Position numbers and translations under genes: made by a program. DNA of 63,951 bases, filler included, from Octopus bimaculoides (taxonomy: Eukaryota): assembly GCF_001194135.2 (NCBI RefSeq). It is 7 parts of 6 records of this genome, joined end to end, with 100 filler letters (N's around TTAATTAATTAA, not from the genome) between each part and the next. Parts side by side here need not be neighbours in the genome. Positions count along the whole stretch, not along the records: positions 1 to 24,744 come from NC_068985.1; 6 more parts are not named here. One strand, 5' to 3'. The first letter of the stretch is position 1. The number at the start of each line of letters is the position of its first letter. The notes under the pieces are model-generated. The model searched no databases. It saw only the letters and a list, made by a program, of their open reading frames with translations, and was not told the DNA's origin. Of the stretch, positions 1 to 15,014 are shown piece by piece.

Positions 1-3000
1 ATATATATATATATATATATATACATACATACATACCAACTCACAGACATGTAAGGTATGTTTGCTTTTAAGGATGGAATACGTGTTATACGCTTTGACA
101 ACCATTTACGTTTTTATACGACGATGTTGACGGAAACGTCTTCGTGTTTGTTACTGAACATTTATGAATGTCAACACTATATAATCTGAGTGTTTGCTTG
201 TGTTATTACCAAGGGTTTTAGAGGTGCTTTTCTTTTGCTTTTTTTACTCAAATGGATGACACTTTTATAATTCATTGCAAATATATTCGTCACAGTATTA
301 TGTTTTAATTTTATTTATCGGTAGTTCCTGTATTGCTAAATAAATTACCCACTGGTCACGAGTCTAGATGAAATAAATTACAGGCAAGCACCCCATCGCA
401 CACACACATGCACGCAGATACATACACACACATATACACACATCCTTAGTAAATCATAAATCCGAATTTGAAGCGCACTCTATGTTCTAGATTAATGGAC
501 TGTACAGATAAAGAAAGGTATATTCGGTAGATGGGGCTACCGTGGGTTTCACGTATGCAGAGCATGTAGCTTTACAGCGTTTTTTCAGACCCTGCGTTTG
601 TTTTTACGCTGGTAGTTTGTTTTTAGGCTGGTAATGTAGTTTTTTGAAAACTACAATAGAAGACAGCTACCACAGTTTTGTTGGATGTCGATGATTCTCT
701 GATTCTCTCCGGTACTTTTAATTTATTCCCGTAATTTAAATTCAGATACCTGAATACAATTGAAGTTGGAATAATTTTAAGTAGGTAAGTCATAGTTGAA
801 AGTCGTTTATATTAGTTTCACAGAACGGGGATTTTCCATTTTACTTTAGAAAGGGCAAACTATTCGACCAATATAGTATAAGAATTTATTAGTTGTGAAT
901 ATAAAGACTAGAAACATATTTGACAAGTTTGGACAAGCATTCAGTTAAATGTGTTCGATTTACAATAAAAAAAATGGGATCGGCGAAACATGAGTAATTG
1001 TTATTTTCTACAGAGCAGCGTTATATATATATGTATTTAGGAATGATATTTCTTGATTTAATTTATTCAATGTCATCAGATCGGGCAGCAGCAAGACATA
1101 AACTCAAATTGTGATTAACGAAGAATTATTATCTGCTATGTATTGATTAGGAGCACCTGCATTAATACTTCCGGTTTCAAATATATTATTCATGGGAATA
1201 TTGATGGTGGTGAAGCCCCCCGCCTCACTCCACACTATTTCTCAATATGGGGCAGTATCGGAAAATGCAGCGCTGCTTGCAATTGAGGACTGGAAATATG
1301 GTTTCCTTAACTTTTGCATAATGGTGTGTAGAGGAAATTATTGCAGTGATGGAGATACCAATCTCTCCAAGAGGAGCAAAATAGTCTCTTTGACAATCAT
1401 AGTACCGAAGCAGTGTATTACCATTATGTAATTGTTTTATTTTTTTTCATCGAAAATTACATCCGATTATAAAATATTTGGAGGAATATAGTGAAAATTG
1501 CCCAGTGTGGTCTTCCTGAACATAGAATGTGGAACGCTTTTATTAGAAGATGATCTGAAAGAAATTGCTAACGTTTAAACAAATCTTATAATTCTACAAA
1601 TGGTGAAGCCTGTAATTTGATGAGTATTATACATATAGATCATCTACAACTACAACTTGATCATTTTAATTAGGCATAATAGTGATAATTAATTATCCTC
1701 TATAACGGCGTATAATTATTGGAGTTAAATATTTATCATGCCAATGAATAATTAGTTAAATGGGTTTCAGTGCCTTATCGGATTTCGTTAGAATAATCAA
1801 GGCCTCTCACAGGAGTGTGTGAGTAACAATTTAGGGTCCTCTCATCTCAGTTTTATGACAAGCTGCATCGTAGTTGCATCGTTGCATTTGAAATTTAAAT
1901 CTACCGATTGGTAATTTACTTTCTATGCACTTCGAGATATTATTGAACTGTGGTCGAAAATTGCTTATATTAAGAGTAGAGTAACGCTCTTTCTATCATT
2001 GTCTACTGTATCCATTTTGTTATAAAATCTTCAGTGTAACATTGATACCATTATTACTGTATAATTGAAATCATTAAAGCCAGGACGAGCATCTATAATC
2101 TCGAATACTAGGTGTTAACACTCAAAACATTACTAATTTTCAATAATGCTGTTACTTTGGATATCATATGTTTCTAAATGCTTGGGACATAACAAAATAT
2201 TACACCTCTAATATGGATCCTCCTCCAATATTTCCTTATGTCTTTCGAGATAATCTTTATAAACAAAAGCTAGTTACATGTCCCAAGATTTAGCTCTAGT
2301 GCCATAAATTGTGCAGAGCCAGTCGTCGTTTTAAAACGTTTTGCAACAGATACTTGTTTCATGTCAACCAGTAGAGCACGTCAACTACTGGCTGACCATA
2401 TGATCATCTCTGATCATGAGGAAAAGTTATGGGGGATAATCATAGCCTTATGTTGAGAGGAATTCTTTGGGATTTGAATAATTCACCTCAGAAACATGAG
2501 TGTTTTGTTCATCACCGTTTAACAAATCTTATTCAGGGATGTTTTGAGCAGGATGGGCTACTCAACATGAAGACCATTCTAACTGGCCCCCTCTTGCAGG
2601 GTCATGCGCTGTTTTTCCTGCCCCTCACATATGGTTGTGATGCATGTATCTGGTCGGGTAGTCATGATGGGTATTTTGAGCTTCGAATGTTTACTGCAGT
2701 GTCTCTGATGGCACGAACTATTCTCTCACTCAATAATAAAAATACAATTACACCAAAACTTCGCTACAAGCGTTATGTTCGCTTCGTTGAAGTAAACATT
2801 GCTTTTCTGTATTATTTATGATAAAAGTTTTCAACACAAATCTGTCTATGTTTTATGGAAGCAAAATATTTGGCAACAATCAATCTTTCATCCGTATATT
2901 CCTGTATATGTGATACAACTACGATGGTGGGATGAAGAGACGTAACTAAAACGCCTGGATGCCACATTATGCTATCTTCATTGTATGTCAAATTTATTTT

Positions 3001-3933
3001 ATTTTTATACGCATTTCAACCGTGAATGGCATAGAAACTATGGTGTTCTCGTTGTTTTTTCAAATTTCATTTCAAAGACTGTAACTATCCAGTCTCTCTT
3101 AAATTAAATTATTAATAGCTACTGATTAGTAATTTGCATTATAATTTCATGTTTCGTATCTATTTTGTTTTTATCTATTGTATTTATTTGCTACACAATG
3201 TATCGTTTTACATCATTTACAAACAAATTGAAATAAATTAGCATCAGAAGATAAAACATTGAGAAGGTCTCTGCTGAAAACATTAAAAGCCACTCAGTAT
3301 CAAGCTGGGAGAAAATTACAAACTCATGTTGTTAAATGTTTTGGAAAAATAAACATATATAATACATATTAACATTAAAACTATACAGCCATTAATATGT
3401 TCTTGAAATAGCAGTAGAGACTATTGGTAATTGCAATCTATAAATGGCATATCCTTGGAAATTCATAATTATATTTCTTTTGAATTTTGTTTCTAATGTA
3501 TGGTTTATCATTAAAAACGCTTTATTTTGTTTGATTCCTATTTTTTCTTCTATTTATTTCTAGGAAAGAACAGTAACAGAAATCCAAGTTCAGGATAATT
3601 AATCTACTTGTGTCAATTTCGTGATTTGTATAAACGTATTTTATATAAATAATTCATATAATATGCAGAGGGTATGGTCTAAAAGATAGCATACAAAGTT
3701 TATCAAATGAAGTAGAATGATGGCTAAATAGGTAACGTGGACTGAAATATAAACAGTATCATCATTAACGCTTGTCTGATTACGAATTGTGCCAAAACTA
3801 ATTGCTATAGTCTCCCGTTATGAAATAGACCGTTCTTTCTTCTTTTGCTGGGGAAATCATAGGATTTCAAATTATAAGCAGTAAACTATTTCTATATTAA
3901 TACATATAGACACAACGGCATACATACATACAC

Positions 3934-3968
<35 letters not shown>

Positions 3969-4299
3969 NNNNNNNNNNNNNNNNNNNNNNNNNNNNNNNN
4001 NNNNNNNNNNNNNNNNNNNNNNNNNNNNNNNNNNNNNNNNNNNNNNNNNNNNNNNNGTGTATGTATGTATATCAATTGGCATATCCCCAAAACAGGTGTA
4101 AGACCTCATCTAATTCAAGAATAATATAAAATAACGTATATGACTGGAGATGCTCATTATGCCTCAGCCTTTGTTGTCCTCTTTCACACAAACACACACA
4201 CACACGCACACACACACACATACACATACACACACACATACACATAGCGCACACAGATGTATATTAAAGAATGTAACGGCATGCACAGTTACGCACACA

Positions 4300-4344
<45 letters not shown>

Positions 4345-5814
4345 GCACATGGATATATAATAATTGTGATCACGTGTACACGTATGAATGGTTTGTAAAA
4401 TTATTTGCATAAAGGCAAATTTTCAAGCAGTCCACTGGAAGATTCCGACAAATATGTCAGAAAATGCAAATGTTTTGCAATTATTTTGTTAATTTTATTC
4501 CACATAACCGCGTCAGATTATAACAATGTTTATTCAACACTAAATTTCAGATCGTAATACTTGCAAACTAAACTTCAGAAGGAGTTGGATTTAATTTCTT
4601 CAGATAAATTGATATTTGTTTTCACAGGAATTATTATTTTATATTTTCTAACCTAATGCTCTTATCCAAAGTTTCGTGGTGATATGTAAAATATATGTAT
4701 TGAAACGTATTTGAAGAATTATAATTTATATTATGTCAGTGGTACTACTTAGCAAAAGATTGAAGATAATATATTGTTTTCCTTCATTGCTACAGCGATT
4801 TCAAATTTTGCCTGAAAGTGAGAAATTTCGGAGTGGTAATTCGATGAAAGGTAAAGTCGTCTTTCGAAGAATTTGAACACTGAATGTGAAAAAACAGCTG
4901 CGGCGAAATACCGCTATGCATTTTGCCCAGGGTGCTAAGGTTTTCGGCCACCATCCCAACTGCCTTCATTTCCATATTAAGTACAGGGAAGACCTCATTT
5001 GATGTAAGCATAATTTTCCTGATAATGTTTTACTTTTTTAAAAATTCACAAACGTTTTAACTTGAAACTGGGACCGAAGAACTTCAGCGTCACAAAGAAC
5101 GCTGCATTGGTTTAATATGATTTTAATTCTTATCGTTATCATAAATTGTATAGTGTTACTCTATACCATATCATCTATAATATCTCTATTAATAATCAGA
5201 TTCAAAACATTTTAGAAGACAACTGCAGGTGCCTACAAGGCTTATTTCGATATGACTGCAAAAACCTGAAATAATGATGGCACAACATTTTAATTCTTTC
5301 CCTTTGAATCGTATTAATTAGCATTTCATAAATAAAACATCTGTTTAATATTCATTAAAAGACACAGTAATTAAAATTTATCCATACTAAGAGAAAAAAA
5401 TGCCAAAATAAAATAAAGACACATACATGAGAAATAAACAGATATGAACAAAAATGTTTAAACTAGAAAAAGAATATAGACTGGAATACATTTTAGAAAA
5501 TTTGGATAAGTTCTGTGGCTTCGCATTTTGTATGAAGTATATATTTATATTTTACATTATTAGCGAAAACAAAATACAACGACCAGGAATGAAGTGAAAA
5601 ATGAATATTTAACGGATACGAAAATGATGAAAAAGAGAAAACATTTCTATAGAACAAAATAGCCTCCACGCCTCTTCAAACAATATAACAGGGAACGCTT
5701 ACCTATTTGATGTGATCGGTTATATTCAAAGACCAGAATGTTACACGCATACATCTCCGCATCGACATTAAACTGAATTACTATGTAACAGTTATAAGCC
5801 TTGGATTCTTTTCA

Positions 5815-6150
5815 TTTTGATCTTCCATTTGTTTCAGCTATAAGACTGTTGCCATGCTGGAGTATCTACTTGAAGTATGTATAGTACGCAGCACTTAGTA
5901 TTTTAAATCGGCCGCAGCACTAATTATATGGTTTCTTTTGAAGAAGCGACAACCTTTGTCAACTAGTGGTGGGGAATAAATACACAAACACGTTCACAGA
6001 GGACGGTCTTCTTTCAGTTTTCACATCACAAAATCCTCGAACAAGGTTTGGTCGACCCAGGCTTTTAGTTGAAGACTCTTGTCCAAAGGAACACGAAGCG
6101 AGGTCGAAACCCAAACCCTGTAGTTAAGAAACAAACTTTTTACTGCACAA
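5815..6150 (-). mobile_element. SINE family A copy, reverse orientation
   Basis: Reverse complement of the family A head and tail. Confidence 0.7.
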
Positions 6151-6945
6151 CTAGAAGGTCATTTCAGAAAGGTTGAACCCAGTATTTCCTCTCAAGATTG
6201 ATGACTATGTGAAACATTTCCTCTTAGTGTTATATGATAAAATCCAAGCCATATATATTCTTACAGTTCACATTTTTTAACCTATTAGTATTACGTGCAA
6301 GATACATTCGTTAGACGTATATGCACATTTTGAGTATGGAGACAGGAAATTTTAGAGCTTTCTGACTCCGATCAGAAAACAAGAAGCCATAGAACAATCT
6401 TACATCCAACGTCAGAACAACCAAATCCTTAACAACTAAACAAGCAACGTTCAACAACAAAGGCGGCACCATCTTCCTCTGTAGTAACGCATATCAATAA
6501 CAACATTGAAACCCAAATCACCAAATAGTGAACAAGAGCAGAGCAGCAACAGCAGCAAAACCAGCAACAACAGCAACATCAGCAACAACAACCTGCAGCA
6601 TTGACAACATCAGCAACAGATGCACCACCACCATCACCACCACTTCCTTCCACAGCTGAAGGAATAACAAAAAAAGAAAGACACACAGAGCACCCAAGGT
6701 CTCTCTCCCTAGGAAACCATCTCACTCCCTCCCTCTCTCCATCTACTTCGAACCCAAATACTTTCAAAGAAGCACACACCGATTCCACAGACACGAATTC
6801 ACCTGCAACACACATTTACCAGCAACACAACCAGCATCAGCAACATTACCAGAACTGCAACAGCACACGAAAAGAAAACAGCAATAAACAAGCACACAAA
6901 ACTTCCTTCTCGTGAGGTGGGCATTTTTGTCAGAAAGATACCACA

Positions 6946-7357
6946 ATAGGCGCAGTAGTTGCTGCGTGGTAAATAGGATGCTTCCCAACCACATGGTTCT
7001 GGATTCAGTCCTACAACGTGGCACCTTGGTCGAGTGTCTTCTACTACAGCCTCGAGCCAACCAAAACCTTTTGAGTAGATTTGGTAGACGAAAACTGAAA
7101 GAAGCCTGTCGTATATATATATGTGCGTGTGTGTGTGTGTGTTGTACGTTTGTGTGTATGTGTTTGTGACCCTACCATTGCTTGATAACAGATGTTGCTG
7201 TGTTTACATCGCAGTAATTTAGCAGTTAGGCAAAAGAGACCGATAGAATAAGTGCTAGGCTTGCAAAGAATAAGTCTTGTGGTCGATTTACTCGACTAAA
7301 AGGCGGTACTCCAGCATGGCCGCAGTCAACTCACTGTAACAAGTAAAAGAATAAAGA
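6946..7357 (+). mobile_element. tRNA-derived SINE, family A
   Basis: Head gctgcgtggt..ggattcagtcc, central (TA/TG)n, tail ccagcatggccgcagtc..aagtaaaaga; many similar copies in the window. Confidence 0.85.
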
Positions 7358-8163
7358 TATCTCTTCCAATATGAAAAGTTTCGAAAGTCTGACTTCTGAA
7401 ATTCTGATGATTTGTCCACCATGTAGAGACAAAATGCAAATTAGGCCAAACCAGGCCTATTATTTGTATAATAGACAGCTCAATTCTAGAAAAAATAATG
7501 TTTTATTATCTCTTCAAGTAAATATAAAATCACTAATTGTGCGAAGCAAAGCGAGATGCAATGATATCTTAGGAGTGATGTTCTGGGTTTTCTAGAGAGT
7601 AAAGGCGTTCCTTTCTCTGAGTGTGAAAGTAATGCTTATCTATCATAGCGATGCTGTGCATCTATACATATATATCTGAGTGGTAAGGGAGAAAGTAATA
7701 CAGTGTAGGTGAAGGATGGCCTGTAGTATCATGAGTATTTGTGATTAGAACTACTTAAATTAATCAGTTTTAAAGCACATTTGTTGTTAATGGTTGTAAG
7801 AATATTTATGATAATCCTCCGTCGAGTAGCTGGCTTTACGTATGATGGTTTTGACGAGGAAGAATATGATACAGTATTAATCAGAAAATTTGATAAGATC
7901 GGAAATGGTAATGTATATATGAATGGGCGACTTAAAGCTGAGATACATGAAAAGAATATTCTTCCTATTAGATGCATAGTTTGGGATATTAGCAGTGAAT
8001 ATATTTCAGAAAATCGAATATTCAGCCTTTTCAGAGATCAGAAATCTTTGGTTAGTGAAGTAAATCAGAGTTAGTCTATAGGAATTGACTTAATCTACTA
8101 TAGTGCGCTCATACATAGACACACACTCGCACTCATACACGTACATATGTATATATATATATA

Positions 8164-8198
<35 letters not shown>

Positions 8199-8739
8199 NN
8201 NNNNNNNNNNNNNNNNNNNNNNNNNNNNNNNNNNNNNNNNNNNNNNNNNNNNNNNNNNNNNNNNNNNNNNNNNNNNNNNNNNNNNNNNNNNNNNNNNNNN
8301 NNNNNNNNNNNNNNNNNNNNNNNNNNNNNNNNNNNNNNNNNNNNNNNNNNNNNNNNNNNNNNNNNNNNNNNNNNNNNNNNNNNNNNNNNNNNNNNNNNNN
8401 NNNNNNNNNNNNNNNTATATATATATGCATATATACATATTCACATACATGTACACATACACACATGCGTACATATATACATGCAGAGATGCACTCACAC
8501 ATATTTGGCTTCAAATCCTGTCCTCCAAGGTTTGAGATTATTCTAATAAATCATGAAATTACGTTGCATGGTGTACAATATACATATATCCATGTTATTT
8601 AAAAACATGTTACTGGCCGAAGTAAATATGATAAACGCACGCCCTTATATGCACGGGTTACAATGAGTTAATTACAACCGCAAGAACTATCTATAAATAG
8701 TAGCTCTAGGCTACAATGGAATCATAAAACACACACATA

Positions 8740-8778
<39 letters not shown>

Positions 8779-8984
8779 ACACGCGCGAAATCGACGAAAC
8801 TAATAATAATCATTATAACGAAATCTATATACAACAAGAAAAATAAAAGGGAGATTGAGGGAGGAGAAGGAAGTGGTCGATATGGTTAAAATTGATTAAA
8901 AAAAGAATATGTCTATATAAATATAAGGCCACGGAGTAGAACTTAAAATGGATGGACAACTGCATAAAGGAGAGAACGTATTAC

Positions 8985-9362
8985 AATGGCGCGAGCATGG
9001 TTTAGTGGTAAGAAGCTTACTTTTCAATCGCATGCTGCAGGATTCAGTCAAAGAGCGAGGCACCTTGAAGAATTGTTTTAGCCTCTGGCAGACCAAAGCC
9101 TTAGTCGTGGATTCGGTAGGTGAAAAACGACAGAAGCCCGTTGAATTGGTATGCGTGTGTGTGTCTATGGCAACTCCGCTTAATAATCGGTGTTAGTGTG
9201 TTTAGGTCCCCGTAACCTAGAAGTTTTGAAAAAGAGAGTAATCGAATAAGTACCAATCTTATTTTTTAAAAATACGTAATGAATTTGATTAAATGGACAA
9301 GATATTCTTGAAGATAATGGCCTGGCCACAGTCTAATGTTTGAAACAAGTAAGAAATAAAAG
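8985..9362 (+). mobile_element. SINE family A copy (diverged)
   Basis: Colinear with 6946-7357. Confidence 0.75.
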
Positions 9363-10139
9363 ATACATGGCTAGACTACATTTAGCCTACACTTTCCTGT
9401 GGCGATTGCTTTTATATTATTATAGGATATTAAAATGAGATATAAACTTAATGGTAATGTGTAGAGAACGGTGTTACATTGGTGATTGCGTGTTTTCGGA
9501 TTTCCGATGTTTTATTCAACCTAATTCCTAAACCATTGAATGACGTAAATGTATTCGAATGTTCCACAGACATGTGTACTCCTAATTTAATTCTGTGCCA
9601 GAAACAAAGTATCAAAAATATGCCGTGATCTCGAATTACCCTTACAATTCAAAGGACAGGCGTGTACCTAGCATTTGTCTGACAGACATCATTCATGAAT
9701 TATGGTGTGTGGGAGGCATTCCAGAAAAAAAAGATATACTTACACGAAGCAACGGAGCGGTATGGAAACCACGGTGGTATTATTGTGAAACGGACTTATT
9801 AATCTTTAAGCATTTCATAGTCTATATTCTTATCTAGTATACACAGACACACACACAAAAACTCACACACGCACGCATATACACAAATATGGATATGTAT
9901 GTGTAAATACGTGTATATGAATATAACTACGTTTATACATGTATGTGTGTGTGTGTTTTGTGTGTATGTGCATGTATATGTATGCATAAATGCTTACATG
10001 CGCACACTTGTAAAACCATTCATATATTCCGTACATAAATACAATTCGGAGACAGCGTTTTTTGAAAAGTAAGAGCAACTCTCATTGATGTTTAGCACAA
10101 GGTCATTCCTGATAATATCTATTGATATCTGAACATTAA

Positions 10140-10844
10140 CGTATGCAATCCGGCCGTAACATACCTGTCATTTCGCAAGCAAACATCGTATTCGATGTTA
10201 ATTTCTCAGTTGGAAAAAGAACAGTTTTTGTATCGACTCATTACGTGTGATGAGAAATAGATACATTCTGAAAACAGCAGGAGTACAGGACAGTAGGTAG
10301 ACGCAGGAGGGTCACTAAAACTCTACCCAAAACCTCTATTGCATCCTAAAATCTGATGGTCACTGCATGGTGGTCATTTTGCAACAGCGAAAAACTGTAA
10401 CAGCAACATACAATAATCAGGAAACTGATTGTATCCATGACCAGTTAAAAAAAGAAGTAACCCAGATTAGTGAATAGAGATGGCCTAATTTTGCTTCATG
10501 ATAATGCACGGCTTCACACTTTTCAAGCCACGGTCCACAAGTTGCAAAGCGTGAATTATGAAGTTTTGGCACATGCTCTTTATTCTCTTGATATCTCTCC
10601 TAGTGATTATCACGTATTCAAACACTTCGAGCTTGCTATTCGCAATAAAACGTTCTTCAATAAAGAAGAGATAATTGAAGCATTCGAATAGTTTATCAGT
10701 GTAAAAGATGACACATGTTTTAAAGATGTAATATATGTCTTGGAGGAAAGTTGGATAAATGTCATAAATGAACAAGGATCATATTTCGATTAAATAAATA
10801 GATATGCTAAAAGTTAAAAACAATTTTAATGAGACAACCTAATA
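10140..10844 (+). mobile_element. Degenerate mariner (DD34D-type) transposase, 3' half
   Basis: Reads FLYRLITCDEK, LLHDNARLH and YSLDISPSDYHVFKHF; ends in a TIR-like caacctaata. Confidence 0.88.
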
Positions 10845-10898
10845 ATTTGAATACCTGAGAGCAATCTGTAATCGTTTTGGGTAATCTCTTAATTTTTA

Positions 10899-10947
<49 letters not shown>

Positions 10948-11685
10948 ATGTGTGTGTATAAATTACAAGCTTCTGTTTGATCTCGTCCTACAAATCCACT
11001 CAGAATGTCATAGTAGATGACATCTGACCAAGTTCGCTCACTGTGAGACTGAACCCGAAACTGTGGGGTTTTGAATCTAACTTCTTACCGCGCAGCCACG
11101 CTTGCGTTTATGTAATAATATGTGTTGAATAGATATAGGTTAAATTTAATTCGTTCAAAAATGGAGCACTGCCTTGGGTTTTATAAAGTAGACAGTGGAA
11201 AAGAATATAAAGATTTGACACAGGATTTCGTCTGAATAAAAACATAAGCTGTCTGTCTCTAATATCAAGTTTCGCCTTTATTTCTATTTCTTATCAGCAT
11301 ATAATAATGGCAACGTTTAGTCTCATGATCTGTGTGTCAAAAAGTTCAATTTGCTCAAAATATTGGACCGCTCAAATTACAAAGATACACTCAATATAAA
11401 ATTAAAGCTTCGAAGAAATCCAAATAAAAATCTAGAGGTGATCAATATATATTGCCATGATTCTCACAAGTATTTCAGATTAAAGGTGATTTGCTTGTTG
11501 TCGTGTTTGTGCAAATGAAATTTATAACTAGCAACTCATAAAAGTTTGAAATTCAATAATTCTAAGTTTAAAAAGCTATAAAACTAATCATCACTAGTCG
11601 AGTTTTCTTCATTAATTACAACTTTAAAAATTCTGATCAAAGCTTTATTTCAAAATATGAAACAAAGAATAACATTAGTGATGAC

Positions 11686-11687
<2 letters not shown>

Positions 11688-11746
<59 letters not shown>

Positions 11747-11751
11747 GTAAC

Positions 11752-11819
<68 letters not shown>

Positions 11820-12042
11820 TAATAATGATGATGATGATGTTGATGATAATAGTGATGATGATAATGATGATGACGTTGGTGTGATTATATTTGAAAGTGT
11901 AATATCAGCAAAATAAACATGTAGAACATCAACCCTTTCAACAACGACAGTAACATCCGCAGTGACAGCAGCAGTAGTAACAACATGAAGAACAACAGAT
12001 ATAACAAAACTAACACTACTACTACTACTACTGCTGCTGCTG

Positions 12043-12074
<32 letters not shown>

Positions 12075-12252
12075 GCTGCTACTACTACCACCGCCACCAC
12101 CACCACTCTTACTACAACTAATACTACTACTACTAATAATAATAATAATAAGAAGAAGAAGAAGAAGGATGAGAAGAAGAAGGATGAGAAGAAGAAGGAG
12201 AAGAAGGATGATGATGATCATGATAATGATGATCATGATTATGATGATGATT

Positions 12253-12314
<62 letters not shown>

Positions 12315-12370
12315 GATGGTGGTGGTGGTGGTGGTGGTGATGGTGATGATGATGCCGACGACGACGACAA
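11688..12370. repeat. Compound trinucleotide microsatellite (AAT, GAT, ACT, AAG, GGT)
   Basis: Directly visible. Confidence 0.95.
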
Positions 12371-13123
12371 CGAATAATTAATAACAGTAGTGATAGTGAA
12401 TGAAACTATAATATATTAAACTATCCTCATACATGAAAAGGCGCAGTGAAATAATTGACTCATCAATGATTTGCACTAATTATACTCGATGCAACTGTAA
12501 TTTTTAACAGAACAGTGTTTACTGCTCGTGTTTTTTTTTTATGGATTCAGTCAGCGAATATAATCAACATTACAAATTTTGAAGAGGAAACAACTTCATT
12601 CTGTATTTTTTTTTTGTTCTCTTGTTACTATATTCTTAACTTATATTTTATCCAAGCTAACACAAAATTTTGAAACAAAGCAAACATCACAAAGTGAATT
12701 ATATTTAACATGTTTTGACTCTCTACTATTGCATCTTTTGAATTTTTCAATGTTGTTGTTGTTGTTGTTGTTGTTATTATTATTTCTATAATAATAATTA
12801 TTAGTATTATTATTATCATTATTACTATTATTGTTGTTGTTATTGTTATTGTTATTGTTATTGTTATTGAAGTTGGTGAGCTGGCAGAATTATTAGCGCG
12901 CTGGACGAAAAGCTTACCGGTATTTCGCCGGTTGGTATTTTCGGAGTTCAAATTTTCAAATTCCGCCGGGGTTGACTTTGCCTTTCATCCTTTCGGAGGT
13001 AACAAAATAAGAACTACTTAAACACTGGGATCGATATAATCGACTCATCTTCTCCGCGCAAAGCAATGCTACGTTTGTGGCAAAATTTGAAACCATTATT
13101 ATTATTATTATCATTATCATTTC

Positions 13124-13194
<71 letters not shown>

Positions 13195-13293
13195 GGGTCG
13201 ATAAACGAGCACTAGTTATACACTGGTGTTGATTAATTGACAGGGGTCGTCCAACGTATGCCAGCATGTTCAACGGGCACTAAATGATGATGG

Positions 13294-13360
<67 letters not shown>

Positions 13361-14941
13361 ATTGATCATGGTGATGGTGATGATGACGACGACGACGACG
13401 ACGATACTTTGGTTTACGTAGAAGTAATGTTTTGTCAGTGTGGCGAAAAGTTTATTTTGTTTTGCATCTTAGAATGTCTATTTGTTTGAAACCCCCTTCG
13501 AGTTTTCTTGGCAGATAATTTCATATTGGTAACAATGAGCTGAGTATAATCATTATTGGCCTTGAATTATTATACGGTCCTTTTCTGTTAGGAATTCAAC
13601 AGGAATATTTACCAATGAATGATACTGATGAGGCCATATGGAGAACTCTACTCCCACGAACCTCAGCCGGTTCCCTAAGCGGGATAAAATGACTGGGTGA
13701 AATATGAGGTGGTTTTATTATAGACAGAATATAGACAACAGGAACATGCATAAATACCACAACATTAAAAAAAATATTACTACATCAGTAGTATATATAG
13801 TGAAAATACTTCTAACTGTCTGACACTTCTGAGATGATAATAATCAAACAGTCGAACCGATGGTTGTATATTGATTTTCGTCGAATTCGTTATGTTCTAG
13901 ACTCTTTAAGCCGCTGAAACAGCCGACCCGGTTGAACACTACGTATTCTTGTATAGTTTTTTTTTTTTTTATTCACTTTGAAGGACTTTCTCTTATCACA
14001 CATAAGTTTTTGTAACATAATCGTGTTTCCTTGTAATAACAAAACGTTTCGCTCTGATCACTTTGGTAAATGACAATTGTACTATTTCACTCAGATCTTA
14101 AAATACTAGATGAAAATACTTGTTAATACAAGAATCGTAAATAGCCTCCTTATCTCTGAGTGTGTTCCGCTCTTATGGACTCTCTCCTTTGTCTCTGTAT
14201 ATATAACTGCTTATTTGCTTGGTGCCGTATATGTCCTGCAATTTGCCACTAATATTTAGTATACCTTTATCTTTGATTCGAAAGATCGATAATATATTTC
14301 GAGTGTTGGACGAAGTTTCCTGCAATAAGAGGGGAGTGTAATTTGTAACGTGAATTCTCAAAATAGTTTTAGGAAGATACCTTGTTTACGAAACAAAGAC
14401 TTTTTCATTACAATAACGAAGCATCTTTGTAATAATATTTCAAGTTTGATGTGAAAATAAAGTACGCGCATGAGCAAGATATTCTATATTGAACGTGTAC
14501 AAGTAGAAATTCTACAATGTAAACCTGCGATGCAATGTCTACCTAACACTGATAGCATCATATGAGTGAACTCGTATGAAAAGGTACGAGTGGGGCGATA
14601 GGGAGCGAACATGATTCTGTTGTTTTTCAGAATATGAGAATATCTAAATTTCACAGTATTACTTCCGGAATCTATAAATTTCACTTGAAGAGCACACTTA
14701 GATGTGCCTAATCAATTGATTCCAATAAAGTGAAAACAAATTCTAATTGATATTTAATGATAACAATTGAATTTTATCTTCTTCGACCGTGAAATAGAAC
14801 ACTGATACATTTACACATGACAGTATGTCTGAATGTGCCGCAAATCTAATAACAATATTTTTTGGCACTTGAGTGCACTTTGTAAAGATATAAACTAGGA
14901 CAGACTTGAGCGTCAATATGCATAGAGAGAAACACACACCA

Positions 14942-14972
<31 letters not shown>

Positions 14973-14982
14973 NNNNNNNNNN

Positions 14983-15014
<32 letters not shown>

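Noticed and set aside
2429-2821. 130-aa ORF as a gene
   Set aside because: No recognisable motif, and it contains a reverse fragment of the dispersed repeat seen at 48070-48670.
9595-9837. AVWKPRWYYCE as the missing LWRPEYGSYMIE exon
   Set aside because: Spacing and the key Glu do not align, and there are no suitable splice sites.
11637-12381. Homopolymeric and dipeptide ORFs here and throughout (poly-I/L/T/D, HT, YI, CV, and X-filled ORFs)
   Set aside because: Microsatellite or N-gap artefacts.
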